A stretch of DNA of 32,000 nt from a gamma proteobacterium HdN1 (lineage in GTDB: Bacteria; Pseudomonadota; Gammaproteobacteria; Pseudomonadales; Ketobacteraceae), in contig FP929140.1 in the NCBI GenBank assembly GCA_000198515.1, positions 314,527 to 346,526 of the forward strand. Direction: 5' to 3'. The position numbers were made by a program, and so were the translations under genes. Position 1 is the first letter of the stretch, and every line of letters begins with the position of its first letter. The notes beneath the pieces were generated by a model. It saw nothing but the letters and a program-made list of their open reading frames with translations, was not told the DNA's origin and ran no database searches. Below, piece after piece: positions 25,503 to 32,000 of this stretch.

Positions 25503-25617
25503 GCGTTTAGAAATGAAGTCATCGAGAAGAATTGTGTGAGAGAGAATCTGCCCAAGATCACACGGTTTATGCATGAAAAAATGCGCGTATCACCTGTTGG
25601 CGGAAGGAGTAACCTAT

Positions 25618-25944
25618 ATGGCGCACGTTGTCCTTGATAACTGCATCAACTGCAAATATACCTATTGTGCTGAGGTTTGCCCGGTAGAGGCTTTCCACGA
25701 AGGGCCCAATTTTTTGGTGATCGACCCAGAAGCCTGCATTGATTGCATGCTTTGTGTGCCGGCATGTATTACGGGTTCGATCATGGAGGAGAGAGATGTC
25801 CCTCACTCGCAGCGTTCTATGGTGCGTGCTAATGCGATGCTCTCACAGCAGTGGCCGTCAATTATAGAAAGAAAGCCTGCGTTTCCGGATGCTGAGGAGT
25901 GGGATAAGGTTCCTGGAAAGCGGCGTTTTCTAGAAATGTGGTAG
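25618..25944 (+). CDS. fdxA: 7Fe (3Fe-4S + 4Fe-4S) ferredoxin, Azotobacter FdxA type
   Basis: From ATG 25618 (SD GGAAGGAG): MAHVVLDNCINCKYTYCAEVCPVEAFHEGPNFLVIDPEACIDCMLCVPAC...PDAEEWDKVPGKRRFLE. It is collinear with canonical FdxA at 108 aa. The 25573 start adds 15 aa not found in the family. Confidence 0.9.
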   Translation: MAHVVLDNCINCKYTYCAEVCPVEAFHEGPNFLVIDPEACIDCMLCVPACITGSIMEERDVPHSQRSMVRANAMLSQQWPSIIERKPAFPDAEEWDKVPGKRRFLEMW

Positions 25945-26035
25945 AGAAGCTGTTGCAGCTTATGATTGTCATTATAAAATTGGCGTTATAAAAGTAGTAC
26001 TGTAATTTCAGCACTTTGTAGGCGAGGAGGAGTTT

Positions 26036-26731
26036 ATGGAAGATTTGCGCACTTTTGAGAGGCTGCTGCGCTCAATGGACATTGAGTGGCTTCGTGGGGC
26101 GGCGGTTTCCGCCATCGGGGCGGTTGCCTTGCTAAGCCTTCTGGCTGGTTGTGGTGAGCGTGTGCAAACCATGATTCCGATCAAGTTAACGCTGGATGTC
26201 ACTGGCGTTGCTGCAAGTTCGGTGGACGCGAAGGTGGTAGGAAGAATTTATGGCGCAACCTATCGTATGCACCGAGGGGAAAATGATGAAGTCACGCTGA
26301 TTCCCATTTCCAAATTCTATTCTGATTCAGGGACGATTACGCGCCGACTTGAGTTTCCAGAAGGTTCTAGAGATCAGCTTGCCGTGTGGGCGTGGCAAGA
26401 CCTAGACGGCGATGGACAGCTTTGCGAAAACGGTGCGCAGGATGAGCCTTCTGGTTGGGTGAGCGCCGAGCGATTTGTGGTGACTCGGGAAAACAGTACC
26501 GTGAAAGGATTTTCGCGTTTGCCCGGTGGTATGGTGATGGAGCAGCGTGTTGATCAAAAGGTGCAGCTTTCGCTTCCCTTGGACAGCAAATGCGGCGTAG
26601 CCGACCGACTTGCGAAGGCCGCGCTTTCAGAACATGCCCATGCAGTAAATGCAACTCAAAATCAGAACATTGACAATCATAATAAAAGTGAAGCTACGTC
26701 CACCTCGGGAGTGGTGGCTGCGGTTCACTGA
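26036..26731 (+). CDS. Putative lipoprotein of unknown function
   Basis: Lipobox LLAGC after a hydrophobic segment (AAVSAIGAVALLSLLAGC). Strong SD GAGGAGGAG before ATG 26036. An internal ATG at 26075 would give a more typical signal-peptide length. No family recognised. Confidence 0.6.
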   Translation: MEDLRTFERLLRSMDIEWLRGAAVSAIGAVALLSLLAGCGERVQTMIPIKLTLDVTGVAASSVDAKVVGRIYGATYRMHRGENDEVTLIPISKFYSDSGTITRRLEFPEGSRDQLAVWAWQDLDGDGQLCENGAQDEPSGWVSAERFVVTRENSTVKGFSRLPGGMVMEQRVDQKVQLSLPLDSKCGVADRLAKAALSEHAHAVNATQNQNIDNHNKSEATSTSGVVAAVH

Positions 26732-26751
26732 ATAGCAGTGAGGAATACCCC

Positions 26752-27432
26752 ATGAATCTCAAAGCGATTTTCGGAAACAGTGGCGATGGCGTTTACGCGA
26801 TTGATGGTGGCGGTGTAATTCGCTTTTGGAATTCTGCCGCGCAGGAGATTCTTGGATATTCGTTTTCTGAAGTACAGGGAAAGCACTGCCGTGATCTATT
26901 CAAAGGCAGGGACGCTTCCGGCAACCGCTTGTGCAGTGAGATTTGCTGGGTAAAAATACAAGCAATGGAGGGCGTTCCGGTGCGCCATTTCGAAATGCAA
27001 ACCACGACCGCGAAAGGAAGCGCTGTGTGGTTGGATATTAGCGTGTTGAGAATTCCTGCATCGGTTTTAAGCGACACGCTTGCGGTCTATATGTTTCGTG
27101 ACGTCACCGCGTCTCATTATGTGAAACTTGCTCTGCAGAGTGGCCCCAAGGCCGTACAGCCGATTCAGATTTCTGCTGCGAATAGCGAGGTTTCCGCCGT
27201 CCTGAACGGCCTTACCGCGCGCCAGAATGAGGTGCTATCGTTGCTAAAGAGTGGCGCCAGCACGACGGAAATTGGTGATCGACTCGGTATCAGTCTTGCC
27301 ACGGTACGCAACCATATCCAAGGAATTTTTGCACGTTTAGGTGTGCATTCTCGAACGGAAATGCTCGCCGTGCTGCATGGGTTCAAATTTGATAAGCAGC
27401 CAGCAGCGGAGCTGGAAAAGCTCGCCATCTAG
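26752..27432 (+). CDS. PAS-domain LuxR/FixJ-type (GerE HTH) transcriptional regulator
   Basis: N-terminal PAS (GDGVYAIDGGGVIRFWNSAAQEILGYSFSEVQGKHCRDLF...). C-terminal LTARQNEVLSLLKSGASTTEIGDRLGISLATVRNHIQGIFARLGV. SD GAGGAA. 20-bp gap to the lipoprotein gene. Confidence 0.88.
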   Translation: MNLKAIFGNSGDGVYAIDGGGVIRFWNSAAQEILGYSFSEVQGKHCRDLFKGRDASGNRLCSEICWVKIQAMEGVPVRHFEMQTTTAKGSAVWLDISVLRIPASVLSDTLAVYMFRDVTASHYVKLALQSGPKAVQPIQISAANSEVSAVLNGLTARQNEVLSLLKSGASTTEIGDRLGISLATVRNHIQGIFARLGVHSRTEMLAVLHGFKFDKQPAAELEKLAI

Positions 27433-27621
27433 CGGCTGGGCGGTTCGTTTCATTCTTCTTCCTGTGCGAGTTTTTGCGTCCTATACTTGCAGTGACACCG
27501 CTGCGGCGCAGTGAGTGCGCGAGCTCTACGTTCTCGTAAGCTTCGCTTTCGGTTGATGCGCCTAGGTATGTTGCAATTTCCGATCTTTCGGAGACGATCG
27601 CAAGCCCTAGGGAATACTGCA

Positions 27622-30600
27622 ATGAACGTGTTCGCAAGCCGGAATGACTGGCAGGCAATTGGCTCTGGACAGGTGCGGCTTGATCTTCACGACCGCCCTG
27701 CAGGGCTTGGGTTGGCGTGGAATTTTGCAGGGCCGACAGGCTTCGCGGTCGCAAGGCGGCTGGTGAACTGGCAAGTGCCGCCGCGCTTCCGCATGCGGTT
27801 TCGCTGGCATGGCGAAGGCAACCTGAATCGCCTTGAGATCAAGCTGATTGATCATGCTAACAACGCAATGGCCAGCGTCTGGTGGTACCAGCGAGATGCG
27901 CTGCCGTGGCCAGAACCAGGCACTGAATCTGTGCTGGAGAGCGGCGATTTTGCGTTTGCTTGGGGGGCTGCCGGTGGTGGCCTGCCTGCACGCGTCGCTG
28001 CCTTGGAAATCGCCATCGTGGCGGGCGAAGGTGGGAGCGGTGAACTGATCTTGGAATCGCTGAGCATTGAAGATCTTGCGGTAGTTCAAACTTGTCGGTT
28101 CACTGAGTTTCGGTCTGGCGACGGAGTGTATGATCGGGCTTCTGCGATAGGCTGGTCTGCGCACTCTGCGGAAGATTGGCTGCAGCTCAATTGGTCGGAG
28201 CCGATCAGTTTCGCGGCACTACGGTTGGAATGGGCTGAGAATGCCTGGCCGACGCATTGTTCGGTGACTGGGTTTTCCGCAACAGGAGCGCCTGAAGTGC
28301 TGCTGGATGCCAGTACCGATACGCGTCGGCATTTCTTGTATTTTGGCGCTCGACGGATTCAAGGTTTGCGCTTGCAGGGATTTCGTGAAGGCACTGCGAT
28401 CAAGCTTTTGGCATTGGAATGGATACCGCCGGAGCGTGCGCGTTCTTGGACGGATTTTTTGCATGAGGTGGCAGCCCACTTGCCGCAGGGGAGTTTGCCA
28501 AGCTATTTCTCGCGGAGGCAATGCTATTGGACGGTGATTGGTGCGCCCACCTGCCCATTTCAGGCACTGATCAACGAAGATGGCGGTATCGAGGTTCAGC
28601 GCCCCGGGTTCTCGGTGGATATGCAATGGCTGCACGATGATTCTAGTCTTGGCATTGACGTAACGTCGACACTACAGTCGATTGGGAAGATGGATGCAGA
28701 GTTGTCGCTCGCCGACCGACGCTGGCCCATTCCTTCGGTATCCGTAAGTTCTGCGCCACTTCAGATTGTCGTTACAGGAGCGGCAACGTTTGTGGGTGGT
28801 CGCTGGTGTGTTCTGGCCGAGTATCGTGTGCAGAATACCGGTGAAAAGCGCCTTTCTGGAAAACTCTTGGCAAGGTTGCGTCCGTTTCAGGTGACGCCGC
28901 CGTGGCAGGCGTGGCGTGAGTTTGGGGGCGTATTTCCGGTGAACGATCTTTGCTGGAACGAGCGCTTTCTGCAAGTGAATGAGCGCTTTGCTGTGGGGCC
29001 AATAGAGCCGGTAGACGCCTGCCTATTGATTCCGTGGTTGAATTTTGATGATGCACTTCTGCGAGATCGCTTACGTATGCCCTGCATGAAGCGCATTACA
29101 GATCCGGTTTCGCTTGCGCAAGCGGTCATGGCGTGGCCGATCAGCCTTGCAAGCGGAGAATCCAATAGCGTTCATCTGTTGCTTCCTTTTGAGCGCATGG
29201 AGCCGGAAGAGCAGAAACAATGGTGGGCGAAATGTCAGCACGAAATTTCTTTTCCCAGTGCCTTTCCTGCAAAACTTTTGGATGCTGCTATACGGGATTG
29301 GAAAGCGCTTGTGGGTGGCTTTGCTCTTGCTGGCAATGATGAAATTAAGCGGCGCTTCGATGTCATCTGCACCGCGACTGCACACATCTTGGTGAACCGC
29401 TCAGGCCCTGCGTTACAGCCGGGGCCGCGCCGCTATGCGAGAAGCTGGATTCGCGATGCCGCGACGATGGGGGCTGCGCTATTGCGCATGGGGCGTGTTC
29501 AGGAAGTGGTAGAATTTTTGGAGTGGTATCACCCATTTCTTCGCGAAGATGGCTACGTTCCCTGTTGCGTAGATCGCGATGGCGCAGACCCGTTGGTGGA
29601 GCATGATAGCCACGGGCAATGGTTGTTTCTTGTCGCTGAGGCATGTCGTTATGGTGCGGGTTCTGTGTTTTCGAATCGTATGCTTCCATCAATGCGCCGC
29701 GTGGCGAGGTATTTATTTCAGTTGCGATCGCAGCGTTGCACAAGTGCGTACCAGAATGGCGAGAATGTAGTGCGGTATGGTTTGCTGCCGGAGTCGGTCA
29801 GCCACGAAGGTTATCTCGCGCAACCGGTGCATGCGTATTGGGATGATGTGTGGGCGTGGCGCGGCCTGCTTCATGCGGTGGATTATTTTACCTCGGAAGC
29901 GCCAAATTCAAGCGAAGCCCACACTCTGGCAGAGCGTTGCCGGCAGGAATCGGAAGCGCTAGAGCAGGCGATACGTAATTCTATGACGATGGTCATGAGT
30001 TCCGCAAAGATCGAATTTTTGCCTGGTTCGGTAGAGTGGGCCGACTATGATCCTGCCAGTACGGCTTGTGCGGTAGGGCAGCTAAACGCCTTTGCATGTC
30101 TGCCGGAAAGTGCGATTCCTGCCACCTTCCGGCAATTTCTGGATGGTTGGCGTGAGCGCAAACTCCAAGGCCGAGAGAGCGGAAAATACAGCGCGTATGA
30201 CATCCGAGTGGTGGCCGCCCTATTGCGACTCGGGTGGCGCGATGAAGCAAATGAGCTGCTCAACTTTCTGCTTGCAGATATGCGCCCCCAGAACTGGCAG
30301 CAGTGGCCGGAAATTAGTTGGCCGAACCCGCGCAGCCCTGGGCATTTAGGTGACTTGCCGCATAGTTGGATCGGTGCCGAGGCGGTGCTCGCGATTCTCT
30401 CGCTGTTTGTGTTGGAAGATGAGCGGGCCTTGGTGCTTGGCCAAGGTATAAAATTGGATTGGTTGGAAGAAGGAGTGTCGGGAACGGGATGGCCGACACC
30501 GTTTGGCACGCTGGATTTTGCCTATCAGAAGGTAAGCAATGGCTGTATCCGTGTAACGCTCGCGGGGAGTGTCGTTCCGCCCGATGGCATTGTTCTAGCG

Positions 30601-30717
30601 TTGCCTGGAATTTCCGAAAAAACCCATTACCAGTTGCTCTCGGGAAATTTGAGGCCATCTACCGGTGGCCGTTTGTGTCTGCAATCCTCACCGGCGGAAC
30701 TCCTGTTCACTTGCTAA
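27622..30717 (+). CDS. Large cytoplasmic multidomain protein: N-terminal beta-sandwich (CBM-like), F5/8 type C (discoidin)-like domain, C-terminal glucoamylase-like (alpha/alpha)6 six-hairpin domain. Putative glycoside hydrolase or transglycosylase of unassigned family.
   Basis: The ORF is open from 27511 (GTG). ATG 27622 (MNVFASRNDW) has AGGGAA upstream. Discoidin-like WSAHSAEDWLQLNWSEPISFAALRLEW...RIQGLRLQG. Six-hairpin-like RYARSWIRDAATMG, LLPESVSHEGY, YWDDVWAWRG, GDLPHSWIGAEA. No signal peptide or TM helix seen. Confidence 0.6.
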   Translation: MNVFASRNDWQAIGSGQVRLDLHDRPAGLGLAWNFAGPTGFAVARRLVNWQVPPRFRMRFRWHGEGNLNRLEIKLIDHANNAMASVWWYQRDALPWPEPGTESVLESGDFAFAWGAAGGGLPARVAALEIAIVAGEGGSGELILESLSIEDLAVVQTCRFTEFRSGDGVYDRASAIGWSAHSAEDWLQLNWSEPISFAALRLEWAENAWPTHCSVTGFSATGAPEVLLDASTDTRRHFLYFGARRIQGLRLQGFREGTAIKLLALEWIPPERARSWTDFLHEVAAHLPQGSLPSYFSRRQCYWTVIGAPTCPFQALINEDGGIEVQRPGFSVDMQWLHDDSSLGIDVTSTLQSIGKMDAELSLADRRWPIPSVSVSSAPLQIVVTGAATFVGGRWCVLAEYRVQNTGEKRLSGKLLARLRPFQVTPPWQAWREFGGVFPVNDLCWNERFLQVNERFAVGPIEPVDACLLIPWLNFDDALLRDRLRMPCMKRITDPVSLAQAVMAWPISLASGESNSVHLLLPFERMEPEEQKQWWAKCQHEISFPSAFPAKLLDAAIRDWKALVGGFALAGNDEIKRRFDVICTATAHILVNRSGPALQPGPRRYARSWIRDAATMGAALLRMGRVQEVVEFLEWYHPFLREDGYVPCCVDRDGADPLVEHDSHGQWLFLVAEACRYGAGSVFSNRMLPSMRRVARYLFQLRSQRCTSAYQNGENVVRYGLLPESVSHEGYLAQPVHAYWDDVWAWRGLLHAVDYFTSEAPNSSEAHTLAERCRQESEALEQAIRNSMTMVMSSAKIEFLPGSVEWADYDPASTACAVGQLNAFACLPESAIPATFRQFLDGWRERKLQGRESGKYSAYDIRVVAALLRLGWRDEANELLNFLLADMRPQNWQQWPEISWPNPRSPGHLGDLPHSWIGAEAVLAILSLFVLEDERALVLGQGIKLDWLEEGVSGTGWPTPFGTLDFAYQKVSNGCIRVTLAGSVVPPDGIVLALPGISEKTHYQLLSGNLRPSTGGRLCLQSSPAELLFTC

Positions 30718-30730
30718 ACTTGGAGAGATC

Positions 30731-32000
30731 ATGAAATACTCTTGGCCCACGTCCTTATCCCTGCAAGGGCTGCCAGAATTTCGTCTACTGTCATCGCATG
30801 GATATCATGTCCTCGCTCACGCGCGTGGTAGCTGCTTCTCAAGGTTTCGGCATTGGGCGCTGAATGATTGGGTTCGGGATGGCCTCCAAGATTATGGTGG
30901 CGTGCAGGTATATTTGCGCGATGAAGATAGCGGCGAGCTACATCATCTCGACTTGGGGCTCGCACCGTCAGCAGTGGAGCAATGGGAGCATTCCGACGCG
31001 GGTGCGGCGTGGGATTTTCGGTTGGGCGACTTGCAATTTCGCGTATCTTTATCGCTCTCTACGCAGTGTCCGATGGAAATCCGCACGATGGATTTGATGT
31101 CACCTGCGACCTCCGATCATTCAACGCGCAGGCTTTCACTGACCGTTTTTGTGCCGATTGCACTCAATGCACCCGCCGCTCATGAAAGCCATCCTGCATT
31201 CTCAAAACTTTTTGTACAAACTCGCTTTTGTGAGGCTAATGAGCGCTTGATTGCGCAACGTCGCCCGAGAGGTGCGGGAGAAGTCTCCCCGTGTGTGATG
31301 GCGACGTTTGAAGGCCCAGGTGAGCTTCACTGGGAAACGGATCGTATCCGATTTATTGGCAGAGGATCCTCCATTGCAAACCCAGCGGGTTTGCGTGATA
31401 GGCTGTCAAAGAGTGCGGATAACGTGCTGGATGCGTGTTTTGTGCTGCAACGAAGCTTCCATTTGAAAAGTGGTGAAAGCGCTCGTTTTCATTGGACGAT
31501 GGCTGCGGCAGAGGATATTGACTCGCTGAACGCGTATCCAAAACAAAGTGTAGCGAAAGTCGAGAACCGCGCTAGCGACCTAAAACTGGATAGCTTGCTA
31601 GGTGCAATGTTTTGCCGATCACCTCGCTTAAAGCCGCCGGCGTCGTACTGGAAGGATCTGTATGCAGAACCCGGCAATGTCTGGGGTTATGGAATGCCCA
31701 CCGAGAGCCCCTTTGTGCTGCTGCTCACCGACTTGCAGGCAGAGATCGAATGGGCCGCTTCTTCTAAGCGTTATTGGGCGGAGCATGGCATCGAAATCCC
31801 CGTTTTGGTTGTCTGGTATGGGGCGGAAAACTCAATTTGTGAAATGCAGAGGGATGTAGGGAAGGGCCTTGCGTTTCGTGGTGCAGCCACGGTTCCGACT
31901 CGTGACCTGCAGGCATTAGTTGCCGCTTCAGCCGCGGTGTGTGGAACTCGTGCACCCGCGTGCGCACCGCCCTTTCGCTCCGCCGCCCCTCATGCTGCAT
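30731..32000 (+). CDS. GH94 family protein (NdvB C-terminal / 1,2-beta-oligoglucan or cellobiose phosphorylase type), 5' part only; continues past the window
   Basis: Not in the ORF track because it has no in-window stop. My own translation from ATG 30731 (SD TGGAGAG) reads MKYSWPTSLSLQGLPEFRLLSSHGYHVLAHARGSCFSRFRHWALNDWVRD...GGVQVYLRDEDSGELHHL...HESHPAFSKLFVQTRF...DRIRFIGRGSSIANPAGL...GMPTESPFVLLLTDLQAEIEWAASSKRYWAEHGIEIPVLVVWYG and stays open to base 32000. These blocks match my recollection of the GH94 N-terminal domains. Confidence 0.7.
   Translation, partial: MKYSWPTSLSLQGLPEFRLLSSHGYHVLAHARGSCFSRFRHWALNDWVRDGLQDYGGVQVYLRDEDSGELHHLDLGLAPSAVEQWEHSDAGAAWDFRLGDLQFRVSLSLSTQCPMEIRTMDLMSPATSDHSTRRLSLTVFVPIALNAPAAHESHPAFSKLFVQTRFCEANERLIAQRRPRGAGEVSPCVMATFEGPGELHWETDRIRFIGRGSSIANPAGLRDRLSKSADNVLDACFVLQRSFHLKSGESARFHWTMAAAEDIDSLNAYPKQSVAKVENRASDLKLDSLLGAMFCRSPRLKPPASYWKDLYAEPGNVWGYGMPTESPFVLLLTDLQAEIEWAASSKRYWAEHGIEIPVLVVWYGAENSICEMQRDVGKGLAFRGAATVPTRDLQALVAASAAVCGTRAPACAPPFRSAAPHAA

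Noticed and set aside
23642-25560. The AT-rich patch as a mobile element or genomic island
   Set aside because: No integrase, transposase, tRNA attachment site or flanking direct or inverted repeats could be found. Only the compositional shift is reported, and it was not computed rigorously.
25573-25617. 15-aa N-terminal extension of fdxA (MKKCAYHLLAEGVTY)
   Set aside because: Canonical 7Fe ferredoxins start directly at M-A/T-x-V-V. The SD GGAAGGAG is positioned for the ATG at 25618, not 25573.
27383-28164. Minus-strand ORFs of 123 aa (27383-27754) and 185 aa (27607-28164)
   Set aside because: They lie antisense to the LuxR 3' end, the intergenic region and the 5' part of the giant gene. 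They are Arg/Pro-rich shadow frames without SD sequences.

Overview
All family assignments come from motifs read by eye in the supplied translations. No BLAST, HMM or composition calculation was run. The window looks like a proteobacterial chromosomal segment with about 30 genes. There are no rRNA or tRNA genes, CRISPR arrays, transposases or integrases.

Gene content, left to right:
- 1-5571: a QueD/PTPS-like gene cut by the left edge, an NDH-2-like flavoprotein, yjdM/phnA, and a polytopic PAS-PAS-GGDEF-EAL sensor.
- 5723-6646: an orphan low-complexity gene with 42-bp in-frame tandem repeats.
- 6957-20668: a large acyl-CoA and lipid block.
  - An SDR, MaoC dehydratase, thiolase and WS/DGAT operon.
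  - A convergent operon: acyl-CoA ligase, TetR, TetR, Old Yellow Enzyme (OYE) flavoprotein, SDR.
  - A divergent operon: KstD-like flavoprotein, SDR, SDR.
- 20672-23641: cytochrome b561 and a single-subunit quinol NO reductase.
- 23642-25560: an AT-rich stretch holding a 450-bp regulatory region and two translationally coupled MORN/YwqK-like genes.
- 25618-27432: fdxA, a lipoprotein and a PAS-LuxR regulator.
- 27622-32000: a 1031-aa cytoplasmic protein (discoidin-like domain plus six-hairpin glycosidase-like domain), then a GH94 (NdvB / oligoglucan-phosphorylase type) gene that runs off the right edge.

Best candidates for something undescribed:
- The glycosyltransferase-less six-hairpin + GH94 pair next to a Cys-bearing PAS-LuxR regulator.
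- The pha-like reductase/hydratase/thiolase trio coupled to a WS/DGAT with a basic tail, beside the orphan repeat protein.
- The KstD/OYE/ligase cluster, with two unusual intergenic tandem-repeat arrays.
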